Assembly (NCBI GenBank): GCA_965644295.1
Contig: CBFFRP010000434.1
Span: forward strand, 124,001-188,000
Length of the DNA: 64,000 nucleotides
Origin: Paraphysomonas bandaiensis
Taxonomy: Eukaryota; Protista; Chrysophyceae
Reading direction: 5' to 3'
Each line of letters begins with the position of its first letter. Positions within the stretch are counted from its first letter, which is position 1. The translations under genes and the position numbers were made by a program. The notes beneath the pieces were generated by a model. That model made no database searches. It saw nothing but the letters and a program-made list of their open reading frames with translations, and was not told the origin of the DNA. Shown one piece after another: positions 35,720-48,281 of this stretch.

Positions 35720-38700
35720 ATGTGGTGTAGCGATATTCTGGACGCATATGCAGTGAATATATACGTAAGAGAGGTGGGCGCTCTGCGTCTAGTTATCGGG
35801 CTGCTGTATGTCGTCATGATGTTTGTTACGGCCTGCTGGATTCATAGACAAAAGAAAGCAGCAGAGCTTGGTGATAAAGTGGCCGTGAACTCTGTGATCT
35901 TCCCTCTGTTTCTTAATATCATGTGGTTCTTAGCATTGTCCGATCTGTTAGTGGGACTGCTCATCATATTGGTGCCAACAGAATACAGAGAGAATGCGTC
36001 CACTTTAGCGTTCTCACTCTATCCTATAGCTTATGCTATTCAACATATGGTCCTTGAAGGTGTAGCGTTCTTGTTAATGCAGCATGGCTGTGGATCACAT
36101 GCAGCTTTTGTCTCCATTCGATACACACTCGTCTGGTGTGCTGTGACTCTCATGTGTATGTATATCTACTATGCAAGCATTCCCACATTATCACCGGTAG
36201 TGTATTGTCTGTGGTCGCTAACGCTGATAGGATTCTACTTTCTACTGTGGGTACTTCCGGTACGCATTCTATACAGACGGGCCGCCTGTGTACAATATGC
36301 GAAGTTCTGGTGTGTGTACAGATCACTGGTACTCGTATTTACCGGCATGATACTGCTCCCGGAGTCTGCTATAAGCGAAGCGGGAAGTTGTGGGTATACA
36401 GTTATTGGCCTGATATTTTATGCTGTATGTCACCCCATGATCCTGTACTCATCGCTCCTTGCAGACAGCAGGTGTGTAATATGCATATTCGCTGACAATG
36501 TGCATTAGAGTGATAATTTCATGAATTAATGGCACATCTATCCCGATTCAATATGTAGGTGGTGGCAGGGTATTGTTGGAGAAGATAAGTCCGAAGGAAC
36601 AATGAGGGCTCCGCTGTTAGGGGTAGACCTTTCCTTGCATTCAGCTCAGGTCCATATATACGTAACTCTCACTACATGAATAGTGGGATTAGATTTAGGC
36701 ATATGTCGAGCATCATGCTCTTAATACACTAAAGTATGAGGCATTTGACACGCCACATAATTGTATTAGTTTACGAGGCACTATGTGTTATGTGTATATA
36801 TTTTATTTCTGACAATTTATACTGCATGCTTTTAGGTGTTGGCTGGGGTTATGGACAAAATGAAGGGCAATCACACCACCAGACTGTTGAACTTTGCCCA
36901 CATTCACCTCGACAAAAGCAGGCTTCTCGGGCAGGGCTCATTCAGCAAAGTATACAGGTAAATAACATAGTTACTCACCAGTCAATGTGTCGTTTATTCC
37001 GTTAGCACTCCACAGTGTATGTTCCTGCACTGTAAATATAGACATAGTATGCAGTATATAGTACCTTACAATATGTTATAAGACGATTATGTGGCTAAGA
37101 TTGATGTTTTAAGGGGTTCATACAAGGGAGAGATATGCGCCATCAAACTTATTTTTACAATGGATGTAACTGAGGCAGTAATCAAACGAGCCGCCGCTGA
37201 AGCGACTATTCTTTCTTCCATCCAGGTCCTCATCATGTATGAATATCTGTGATATTTAAATGTCTTATCCCATTTCGTCTAGATGTAACTGACATCCCAG
37301 TCTAATTGTTTTGTATTTGTCAGAGCGATAACATTGTGAAAATATTCGGCGTATCAGTTTTGCCCCCGAGGTGTGTATGTTTTAAACATGTTGAGCAGTG
37401 ATGGACGAGGGTCTTTCAAATGCTAGTATTTGTAGCAGTTGTACATGTTGAAAGTATTTTGCCCTTATACACCGTTAATGTATATTGTGTTAACAGCGTG
37501 TGCATGGTTCTGGAGCTGTGCGCGTTTGGTTCTCTTTCTGAGGTGCTCAGAGGCGGTGAAGGCAAGGTGCCGCTTCTTTTGTCACTTCCAGACAGACTGT
37601 TCCTGGCCTTGGGTTGTACCAGGTAGTCCAACCCAAATTGATCGTGATATGTATGTGGAGAAGTATATTTACTTATATTTGTTTTTCCGCCATTCCATGT
37701 GCTGTATGTATTTTCGTATTAGTGATAAGTGTTAACAGGGGCGTGGCAGCTTTGCACAGGCTGGGACCACACGCTATGCACAGAGACATTAAGTCTTTTA
37801 ACTTTTTAGGTAGGATTCCACGATTTCTGTGTTTTTCTGTCGGTACCGCACTTGTTGGCAAACACCGTGAGGTCTTATGTGCGATGCAGTGGATGAGCAT
37901 ATGAACGCCAAGCTCGCAGATTTGGAGCTGGGTCTCTGTAGTACTATTGGAGGAAGTGAGAACAATGCGGATGAATATGTTTTTGGGGATGATTTCCTCG
38001 TCAATTGGGCACCTCCAGAGGTAAAACTAATTTTGAAATTCCTCGTGTCACGCTTTTCAGGTGCTTCGAGGAGAGCCGTACAGTCAATCATCCGATATAT
38101 ACTCACTTTCATTGGTTCTCTGGGAGATTATGACTGGTCTAATACCTTACAATGATATCACTGGTGGAAGAAAATCAAATAGAGTAGCTGCGGTCAACGC
38201 TGTAAGTGCTATGTACATTCATACTGGATATTGTGGGCGTACTGCACAACAAGGCATTATTGTGCCGGTGGTAATATTCGTGTGGATATTGTACAGATTA
38301 TTGAAGGAGCACGACCAGACGCTTCTGGAATTAGTGATGTTGCTGAGGGATACGCTGATGCTATGTATCGGGGCTGGGCAGACAATCAGTCGGACAGACC
38401 AACTGCAGGAGGTATGGGAATAGAGCTTGCCCAGAGTATTAGTGTAACGAATATATATCCTATGCCACTGTAAAACAGATTTATCAGAGGCAATACTTGT
38501 AGCCTACGAGAGTTGTTGTCCTTCCATAATGACAAGTATAGAGGTGATGCTCTGTGCCTACGATGTATTTTCCGTTGCATTTATGATATTGCAGTTAGAC
38601 AATAATGAGTGTATGTACTTACGCAGGAACTATCTGATGTCAGCATCATGATGAGAGACTTCATATCTTCGCAAGAAGGCGCTGATTATTTATCTTCGGT

Positions 38701-39607
38701 TCTTACTGCTACTCCAGTTAGCAACACTGATGTCCATCCGCCTCATAGCATCCTCATACGCGAGCATGCCCGTAACGAACGTACATCCTCGACAGGGCTT
38801 AGTGCAGAGAGAGAATCTTGGACGAAGATGAGCGCTGCCTCAGAAATCAGTGTCGACATACCCGCACAGCTGCCTTGTGCCCCAGCTTCTCTGCAGTGTA
38901 TATACCATTCCGTGTACAAAAGCCATCTATGGTCTATTGTGGATAGTCTACAATCCCCGGTTGTAGTTGTAACTGGACAGCCTCCCCATTTATTGTTGAG
39001 GGCCTCTCGTGAGTGGTACGATACTATGCAGATCATCCCTATCCCTGGACATTATTTTGGACGACCAATTGCCCCTGTACTCTCCCACTACTTCCCGGGT
39101 GTTGATTGCGAAGGCGGTCAATGCAGAGAGAACTCCTTTATGAAATTTTTGGCAGAGTTAAGGGCTTGGCCAAAGTATGGACATTGCGTCCTTGCAGCAG
39201 CGCCTGTGCTATCACAACCATCCTCGAGGCACATTTCACACCTGTCAGTGCACGGTTTTGGAGTGAAGTACAGATCCCTTCCCGACGAGTCACATCACTA
39301 TGACAATGAGGGGAAGGCAATGGAAGGTACAGCCTCTACAGGGAGCACGATGGAGATTGGGGGGACTGCGTATTTTGTATTGCACATGAGTCATCTTTTT
39401 CCTGTGGATAAAACCTCTAGGATGATGCGAAGGTCATGGTGGCCAAAGAGGGATCGACAGCGCCGAACAAATAGCACAAACAGTAACAGCACTATTATAG
39501 GTAGTGGTAGGACTTGCGCGCATACTGCCAGAAGCAGCAGCATTCTGAGTAGAGGGAGCTTGAGCAGTAGTGTGTTCGCTCTTGCTAGTGGACCTGAGGA
39601 TGTTTAA
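35720..39607 (+). CDS. 7TM (GPCR-like) + tyrosine-kinase-like kinase + PAS-like fusion protein, multi-exon
   Basis: Seven hydrophobic helices ending LLADSRWWQG; kinase LLGQGSFSKVY, CAIK, LELCAFGSL, HRDIKSFNFL, KLADLELG, NWAPPE, SDIYS; C-terminal PVVVVTGQPPHLLLRASREW. Confidence 0.8.
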
Positions 39608-40334
39608 CACTGCGTTATCCGTTTTAAAATTGTTGTAGCGTACTGTAGAATTAATTCGTAAACATTTTCACATGATGTATAAATACTGCTAAATATATTC
39701 CTTGTGCTAGAATCACGAGTAGGGTGAGTTGGTACTACCATTGTGTGTATTAAGTTTGAATGCGTACCGATTAGGTTTATCTGGAAAGCTTGTCGTAGCA
39801 TATATTATACATATATGGTAGTTTGGGACAAGTTCAATTGTGTTAATCGAATAGACTAAAGTGAAGTACTATTTAAAATATTGCGCTATTTTTATTGACT
39901 TACACCACACAGAATAGCTTAGTTTCCTAAGTGTATACCTGATGACGCTCCCTGCTAAGTAGCGCCAGAGCCCCTTTGAATCCTCACTGACTTAACAAAG
40001 AAAAACCAAGATTTGGAGATCTCTTTTCTGTAATTTTATCATCAATAAATTTTCTACCGTTAAAGTCCAGATAAGTTCCATTAAGTTAAACCCGTGAAAC
40101 AGCCACCTCACTGAAACCAACATGATCGTTAGAAATTTCTAACATTCACGCTGGATGACTTGATATATATAAACTTACATTTTAACTAATTAAAAAGCGG
40201 AGAAGATCTTATTAGATGCGTAGAATGATTACATATGTAAACTATTTCATTACAGAGAAATGTTAAGATCAGGCTTAATGTACTATTATTACCAAAATAC
40301 AATGAAGTACTACGGGTAAGCAATACCCCCTCAA

Positions 40335-40713
40335 CAAAGTCGGCTGGTGTTCTGAGGGATAAGAACCGGAGAGAATCTCTCCGGGAAACTAACGTGAACT
40401 GCATATATAGTCAGCAGATATTGTTCTACCCACTCATGGCCAAATGCTTGTGTGGTACAAGGGATACTAATTACTATTAACTGTGACTTATGTAGACGTC
40501 TTTGGGCCTTGACGACACACACATAATAAACAGGCACCCACCTCAAGGGAATTCGGACCGTTCACCTTAAGAACAGAGAGCGAAATTGGCTGCACCTTGG
40601 TGCTTGCGGTGACGCACAAGCAGATTTCGTAGCGCCTAATAGAGTAGTTAAGCACTTGTTAGTTAAGTGGTTCTGACTCTTAGACGCCTATTGCTAATAA
40701 CCAGACATTCACT
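40335..40713 (+). mobile_element. Putative SINE/non-autonomous retroelement, copy 1
   Basis: Starts CAAAGTCGG and shares its non-coding body with 41320-41770; ends in the LINE tail ...taataaccagacattcact. Confidence 0.7.
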
Positions 40714-41319
40714 AGAATGGAAAATACAGCTTGTGGAGTGTTTGGTGATCTGATTTTGAAATTTGAGTCATATGTTTGTTTTAACTCGTGTATTATATTG
40801 AAGTCCCTTTCAAATGACTGTCAACATCATCATGGCTAAGATTGAAGGTAGTTTCTGTTGAAACCGACTACTGAAGTTGAATACCCTTGTTTTCTCAGTG
40901 CTAATACCCATTTCGACATGAACATATCACCGTCCCTCAAGAAACCCTCAGGACCTCGATAACAACGCCGTCTCCGGCAACTTTACCTGTGCCGGAGGCC
41001 CAAACGGTGCACTGAGACAGAGCCATATTCCAAATCTCAATCCACCTCTCTCAGCCTACACATCTAGCACTCGGTAAACTCAGGGCCTTAATACAGAACC
41101 CTGTACCTCCACAAAGCCCAATGGAGTCTCATCTCAAGGGGAGACCCCCTGATCGCACGCGCCAGTGAGTCCTTGGACACACGATCAAGGCGAACCTCAC
41201 AATCGACATTAAGAACGGAAGTGGTCGCACCTTGGTGCTTGCGGCGACGCACAAGCAGCTTCTGTAGCGCTAAATAGTAGGATAATAGAGTGTGTACTGA
41301 TTAGTTATGGGTTGTTGGA

Positions 41320-41770
41320 CAAAGTCGGACTCGCACCTTTTCGTGGTGTTCTGGGGGATAAGTACCGGACAGATTTCTCTGGGAAACTAACGTGAGCCGC
41401 AAACATAGTCAGCAGATATATTGTTCTGCCCACTCATAGCCCACCAATAAGTGTCACTTGTATAGACGTCTTTGGGACCTGACGAATAAACAGGCATCCG
41501 GGAATGGGCCCACCTGAAGGGTAACCGGGGTATTGGGCTGCATGCTGAAGTCAAGCATCCGGGATGTTCGCCTTAAGAACTCAGAGCGGAAGTGGTCGCA
41601 CCTTGGTGCTTGCGGCGACGCACAAGCAGCTTCCGTAATGTTAAATAGTAGAATGAAAAAGTGTGTAGTGATTAGCTACAGGTAGAGGTCTAACTAGTTT
41701 GTCTAGCATTCATCTAGCTACTAAGCTGGTGCAAGTTTTTAACACCTACTGCTAATAATAAGACTTTCAA
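41320..41770 (+). mobile_element. Putative SINE/non-autonomous retroelement, copy 2
   Basis: 14-bp TSD TATGGGTTGTTGGA (41306-41319, 41771-41784); non-coding head plus family-1 LINE tail. Confidence 0.8.
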
Positions 41771-41777
41771 TATGGGT

Positions 41778-42071
41778 TGTTGGAAATTGCTCATTCTTAA
41801 CTAGATCTCAGAGAGAATTAGTCGTTAGACTAGATAGATTTATTAATATTGTTTACACGAAGTTGTGATTAACAACATACACTCAATTTGTTTCACGCAT
41901 AATCTCCTACATATGCGAACCTCTTGTTACTAAACATATCTTGAAAGATCAAACTATTTCAGTTTCTCAATATCATCACAGCATTTGTACATCACTATAT
42001 TTCACTGTATTCTCGTACATTGTCTTCAAGTGACATACTGAATATACTAGAATAAGATCCATATTCTAATA
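41778..42071 (-). mobile_element. Solo LTR of Copia family A
   Basis: 294-bp diverged reverse complement of 20863-21156; TSD TGGGT (41773-41777, 42072-42076). Confidence 0.92.
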
Positions 42072-42587
42072 TGGGTAGAGGTCTAAATAGTCTGTCTAGC
42101 ATTCAACTAGCAACTAGCCACTACATTGGTGCAGATTTTTAACGCCTTTTGCTAAGTAACAAAACTTTCAATATATACCCATTTCAAGTAAAAACACTTT
42201 CTTGAGGAAAAATGGGGATAATACACTATGTGTGTTACTCAAATATTTACTGCACAACGTAGAATGAAAATAATGAAAGTCGTTATACTTTAGATAGTAT
42301 TTTTGATCGACTGTAATCCTTGACAACTGCCGAATGTTACAATATAATGGCCTCCTTGTTGCTGAAATTATTTTTTGGAAGTTAAAGACTCTAACTGCAC
42401 TATTATTACTGTTTTGGTGTCGATATGTGATTAAGTTTTGTCGCATACAACAACTGTCCTTTTTCACATTGTCAAAACTCATCTTATACTCTGATTAGCA
42501 ACAACCAATTGCTGTTATAATATATTACATATAACAGTCAAGCAGTACAGTGCCTCCACAATCAAGTATTGTAGCAAACTGGTGGTT

Positions 42588-44938
42588 TTAATGTGCTCCT
42601 ATCTCTCTGTCCTCATACTGTAGAAGCGGGCGTGTAACATCTGATGCTCGCGATGTCGATATATTTCTCATGGCTGGGTTAACACGACTACCCAACAGTA
42701 TTTCGATGTCCTCCAAGGACAGACCTTTCGTCTCCGGAACGAACTTGAACACAAAATATAACGCAGCGGCATCTATCACAGCAAATATACCAAACGTATT
42801 GGCCGCTCCTGCAAACAGAAAGATATCACTACCGCCACAACATGTCGCTACGTCTGCCTTTTAGAAAACGCCAACAATATATACGAAAGCTCGAATACAT
42901 ACGTACAAAGCAGGATATAATTCTCACCTATACTTTCAGTGGCAAGAGGAAATAGATAGGAGGTGACCACATTCCAAAAGAAGTTCATTTGCACAGCAAC
43001 AGCTACGGCCTGTCCCCTTACCTCGAGCGGGAAAACTTCCGAGATAAGTAGCCAGGAAATGGGACCAAACCCAATCTGGTACCCGCCGATATAGATAAAC
43101 ATTGCGGTCAAGATAACTATCTGGGAGAAAATATGAGCGAATCATATAACTTGTTGCCTAGATGATTACAGTCTAACTCCATGTTGTATGTTGGCATGAT
43201 ATAATGTCCACATTATAACATCCTCATATGTGAGTCAAGAACAAAAGTTCGATACCTGTGTACCGCTGATAGACTTATCATCGTTGTCATCGTCGTCACT
43301 GGTTTTCGTGAAGCTGAAGGCTATAGCCAGTGCAACCAGAGCCACCAACATCACAGCGATCCCCACATACAGCAGAAGTTTCCTTCCGAATTTGTCCACA
43401 GTGAATACCGCCAACATGGTCATGACTAACTTGAATGCAGCTACTCCAACTGTTGCCACAGCAGCGAGCCCTGCATCATTGAATATGCTAGCTGCATAAT
43501 AAAGAACCGACGGCTGGCCGGTGACCTGCGACAAAGGACATAACATTCATATTATATACCGCGCGACACTTATTACACTCATATCGTACGGCACAAACAT
43601 ACAACAACAGTGCTTAGCTAAATTAGACTGTGCCACAATCATCGTGTTCTGAATCTGCATGTACACGCTTGTAGATTGTAAACGGTACCTGCTGTAGAAA
43701 CACCAACCCCACGCCAGCAATAAGAGCAGGCCTGAATCTGGCTGCCCACAAGCTCTTATCGAGGGGTTTAATGTGGCTGAGAGGTTCAGTTGATAAAACA
43801 CCAGATGCTTGGCGGACATGGTCTCCAGCATCGATGTCAATGCTGTGGGCATTAGACACCTTCCTGATGGCAGATGTCTGTTCCGCTACATATCCACATG
43901 AGAGCAACATATACACACATGCATCACTAACTATATAAATTAACATGGGAAAACACAGATATTGATATGTATTGCGTTTCGGTACCCATGTCATTGAAAG
44001 CAATATCTGAAGCATGAGGTCTGAGCACCCAATCCATTGCAGCCCTGCTTTCATCCATTCTACCCTTCATGTAAAGAAACCTCGTACTCTCTCGTAATAT
44101 AGAGTACGCTCCGATTCCCATCACAGCAGCGGGTGCCATTGCAATTCCATAAGTGTAAGCCCACCCGCCGTTAGTGGAGGAGAAAAGGAACCCTATGAGA
44201 TAGCCCAGTAGGATACCCAGCACTATGAAGGCTTCCTTAAGAGATACAAGGAGACCTCTTACTGACGGTGGACTCATTTCCCCAATATAAGCCGGCGCAC
44301 CTAGCAAATTACATGAGCCGAGAGTGTGGGTGGAGTGCACAATTAGAAGGGAGGTGGAACACATGACGTACATATATCTACCCAATATTATCCTTTCGTC
44401 TGTTAGACGAATTGACAGGCATATAAAATTAGTCCACATACCGTGCATAGAAAATCCGATTCCACACCCATATATTACCCTCCCAAGGATCAGAACAGTC
44501 AAACCGGGCCCTGATCCCCACCCTGGCCTAGCAGCGAGGGCCTCAATAAAAGCACCAAAAAGGTACAAGCCAGCACCCACAACAAGTTCCATTCGCCTGC
44601 CCATGCTATCAGCAAGCTTGAACACTGCCATTGAGGACAGCAGAGCGCCAAGAACGGAAGCGGAAGTAACGGCTCCCTGCAGAGACGTGTTGTTGTCGAG
44701 GATCCCATCCCACTGCACGCCTGCGTGATCTCCTTTAATGATCTGCTCTACCACAAAACTAGTGGACCCCTATGAGCAAACTATCACAGTTATCTATAGG
44801 AAGAGAGGCGTTACTTACGATGTCATAGCCGAAGAGCAGCCCCCCGAGAGCAGGAAACAGAAACACAGACAGTAATGCCGGAACATAAAAATCAGGCTCA
44901 GGATTATACCCTCCACTCTTACACCGTGACTGCGTCAT
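42588..44938 (-). CDS. MFS sugar porter (D-xylose-proton symporter/VGT-like), multi-exon
   Basis: FPALGGLLFGYDI, DSMGRR, AYIGEMSPPSVRG, LQQVTGQPSVLYYA, DKFGRK, GFGPISWLLISEVFP, PETKGLSLE. Confidence 0.93.
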
Positions 44939-44982
44939 TTCAACTGCACTATACGAGGAAACAATAATCCAACAGCACTCAA

Positions 44983-45726
44983 TGTATGTATGTATGTATG
45001 TATGTATGTATGTATGTATGTATGTATGTATGTATGTATGTATGTATGTATGTATGTATGTATGTATGTATGTATGTATGTATGTATGTATGTATGTATG
45101 TATGTATGTATGTATGTATGTATGTATGTATGTATGTATGTATGTATGTATGTATGTATGTATGTATGTATGTATGTATGTACGTATGTATGTATGTATG
45201 TATGTATGTATGTATGTATGTATGTATGTATGTATGTATGTATGTATGTATGTATGTATGTATGTATGTATGTATGTATGTATGTATGTATGTATGTATG
45301 TATGTATGTATGTATGTATGTATGTATGTATGTATGTATGTATGTATGTATGTATGTATGTATGTATGTATGTGTATGTATGTATGTATGTATGTATGTA
45401 TGTATGTATGTATGTATGTATGTATGTATGTATGTATGTATGTATGTATGTATGTATGTATGTATGTATGTATGTATGTATGTATGTATGTATGTATGTA
45501 TGTATGTATGTATGTATGTATGTATGTATGTATGTATGTATGTATGTATGTATGTATGTATGTATGTATGTATGTATGTATGTATGTATGTATGTATGTA
45601 TGTATGTATGTATGTATGTATGTATGTATGTATGTATGTATGTATGTATGTATGTATGTATGTATGTATGTATGTATGTATGTATGTATGTATGTATGTA
45701 TGTATGTATGTATGTATGTATGTATG
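44983..45726. repeat. (TATG)n microsatellite, ~745 bp
   Basis: Directly visible; one TACG variant and one phase slip near 45372. Confidence 0.99.
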
Positions 45727-45811
45727 AGAGTGTGAGGTAAGGTGTTTGTGGTATTCTATATATGAGGAATGAGGGTGCTCTGAAGTCTCTGCTTGTGGTC
45801 AGATTTGTTCA

Positions 45812-48238
45812 ATGCACGCTCGTGCTTTTAGTCGGCTTCGACTATTTGTGAGGCGATATGGCGTAGTGAGTTGTAGAGGTGTGTGTATGTCAGTGTCAGG
45901 GCTCAAGAACAACCACCGCATCATATCTCTCTTACACGGGTATGGGAAAAGGAGCTTCGACATCAGTTCGTCGAAGTTAAACAGTGCAGTGGATGCAGTT
46001 GCTGCCACCGATAGCATTAGCGAGTTTGACATAGGGAAGTTGTTCGTGGCTTTGGATCGTATGTGTGCAGAAAATGTCAAATGCGACAAGTACATATCCG
46101 CACTCTCACGGCTGCTGTCTAATTACAATGGAGAGTTGTCTGCTCGCACGGCATCTACTATGCTGTATAATATCAGGCACTTGACCTCCTACAATCCTCA
46201 AAGTAGGGCTATGTTAGCTTCTATCGTGAATGTTTTACAGAGACAAGACAATTTAGTTTTGGATGGAAGACGCTTCTCCAGTGCATTATTTGGATGTCAG
46301 CTCCTATCAGCCAAACACAGTGAAGTACGTCAACTTCTCAAATGTTTGGCTGACATTTCCATGGGGTGCGTGTTAGACTACAGGGGAGTGGCAATGTCAC
46401 TCTATGGTATACGTGATATGAGTAGCGACTACGCAGAAGTAAGGCGGATTCTACGCATATTATCCCAAGCTATCCCTTCATCATCAGATCCCACCCTGCC
46501 TCCTCAAGTTGTTGCTAGCGCGCTTTATGGTCTCCAGAGTCTATCTTGTCGCCACAAAGAGGTTCGGACACTGTTGCGGAGATTGGGCCTCATGGTTACC
46601 ACATGCACGGGGCCTTACACTGTTCATGAAATAACACAAAGTCTCTACGGTTTACACCGGATGAGACACCCAGCTGCCCTATTGGTGGTTTCTCACCTGA
46701 CTGCCCAAATTCCACATTTTGTTGGTTCGTTGACGTCGTCAGGAATGGCGATAGGAATGTATGGTCTCCGGTCTTTGGAAAGCAAACATGCAGAGGTAAG
46801 ATCCCTGATGAAAGCTTTGTCACAGCGTCTTCGTGGACAATTTGAAGTTCTCGGTGAAAATATGACATTTAAGGAGGTCAGCATGGCTATGTGCGCACTC
46901 ACGAATAAAGATAGTAGATTTCCAGAGGTTAGAGCCATGGTGCACGATATGGCGAATCTGTTGGATACATATATGAATACCAAAGATTCCAGAGGCGAAG
47001 AGGTAGATCTACGGGGATTAAGCATGATATGTCGAAGTCTCTCCTACTTGCGACCTAATGATGATGGTGTGCACGCAATTTTGCAAAGCGTGTGTCGTAT
47101 GGTTGATGATGCTGCCAGAAGAGGCTTGCGGTTAGACCGGGAGGGGCTTGAATGTGTTTGTGAATCTCTGCGGCGCATGCATTCTCATCACAGCACAGTT
47201 CGGAAGCTGCTACTAACATACACACCACTAGTAGCACGACAACAGGGCATTTTGGATGGCCAATGTGTGGCAGTTTGTCTTCGTAGCATGTGCGGGTTAT
47301 CGAGCGATCACGATGAGGTACGGGTGTTTGTTTCTCATCTGGCGGAAATGCTTTCGGCTGCCATGTCTTCGCGTTGTACACTTGACCCAATACAGTTAAG
47401 CGAAGCTCTTTATGGTATGCAAGGCTTGTCTACCTCACATGCAGAAGTGAGGTCACTGCTAGAATGTATTTCTGTTGCTGTGACTAGGTCTGAAGGAAAA
47501 ATAGGCGGAATGAGTGCTTCTGAAGTTTCTCGATCCCTCTATGGTATGCACAACATGTGTGCGTCCCATTGGACCGCCACACCACTTAGTAGTTGTGATG
47601 ATTCTGGTGCTGAAAATAGTATTGATCAAGGAATTGATTTCAACCCAGTTGGTACTATTGTGACCCATCTGGCCCAAGAGCTCTCGGTTTGTTCCACACC
47701 ATTATCTGCCCACCAGTTGGCCATGTGCGTATATGGTCTGCGGTCCACCACCTGCCAACATCCCCACTCACGCCAGCTTCTGAATATTGTTGCAGCACAT
47801 GCTTCACGGTGTTCTACTTCTTCCTTTTCATCCGCGGATGTGGCGAACGCTCTGTATGGACTACAGGGTGTCTCATCCGATGTCCCCGCCAGTGTGACAT
47901 TGCTACGTGTTTTGCGAAGAGCATTGCATAAATCCAGAGACTCACTCCAACGCGAAGAAATAGTCCGCTGCGTGCGTGGTTTAGCTACTATGAAAACTGA
48001 CAACACCGAAGTTATTGCAGTACTGGATATTCTGACCACCCGCGTGAACGAAATGACCGAAGCGTTCTCATTCGAGCAACTTGAAGTGATGTTCTTGGGT
48101 TTAAAGGATCACGACTGCAGTGCTCCTGGCGTTGTTAGATTTTTAAATAGTTTACAGAAGAATGTGAATACATCTGAGCATCAGTTTCGTAGTAGTAAGA
48201 ATTCTAGTGATTCTATAAAGTCGGAAGATGTAACTTAG
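45812..48238 (+). CDS. Alpha-helical repeat protein (~40-aa repeats, OPR/HPR-like), probably organelle-targeted
   Basis: Over a dozen repeats like (A/S)LYG(L/M)xxLSSxHxEVRxLL; Arg/Ser-rich N-terminus lacking acidic residues; intronless 808 aa. Confidence 0.7.
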   Translation: MHARAFSRLRLFVRRYGVVSCRGVCMSVSGLKNNHRIISLLHGYGKRSFDISSSKLNSAVDAVAATDSISEFDIGKLFVALDRMCAENVKCDKYISALSRLLSNYNGELSARTASTMLYNIRHLTSYNPQSRAMLASIVNVLQRQDNLVLDGRRFSSALFGCQLLSAKHSEVRQLLKCLADISMGCVLDYRGVAMSLYGIRDMSSDYAEVRRILRILSQAIPSSSDPTLPPQVVASALYGLQSLSCRHKEVRTLLRRLGLMVTTCTGPYTVHEITQSLYGLHRMRHPAALLVVSHLTAQIPHFVGSLTSSGMAIGMYGLRSLESKHAEVRSLMKALSQRLRGQFEVLGENMTFKEVSMAMCALTNKDSRFPEVRAMVHDMANLLDTYMNTKDSRGEEVDLRGLSMICRSLSYLRPNDDGVHAILQSVCRMVDDAARRGLRLDREGLECVCESLRRMHSHHSTVRKLLLTYTPLVARQQGILDGQCVAVCLRSMCGLSSDHDEVRVFVSHLAEMLSAAMSSRCTLDPIQLSEALYGMQGLSTSHAEVRSLLECISVAVTRSEGKIGGMSASEVSRSLYGMHNMCASHWTATPLSSCDDSGAENSIDQGIDFNPVGTIVTHLAQELSVCSTPLSAHQLAMCVYGLRSTTCQHPHSRQLLNIVAAHASRCSTSSFSSADVANALYGLQGVSSDVPASVTLLRVLRRALHKSRDSLQREEIVRCVRGLATMKTDNTEVIAVLDILTTRVNEMTEAFSFEQLEVMFLGLKDHDCSAPGVVRFLNSLQKNVNTSEHQFRSSKNSSDSIKSEDVT

Positions 48239-48281
48239 TAACCATCCCTGTTGTATATATTGTGATAATGGTTTTCATATA

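Larger units (their letters stand above)
40920..42170 (+). mobile_element. Family-1 LINE 3' remnant, interrupted by a solo LTR and a SINE-like insertion
   Basis: QRRLRQLYL, LIQN, KGRPPD homologous to 15225-15436; tail runs to ~41312 and resumes at 42072. Confidence 0.8.

Noticed and set aside
23411-45740. ORFs of MYVC/IHTY repeats (23411-23959, 31350-32020, 44982-45740)
   Set aside because: Translations of stop-free (TATG)n microsatellites, not genes.
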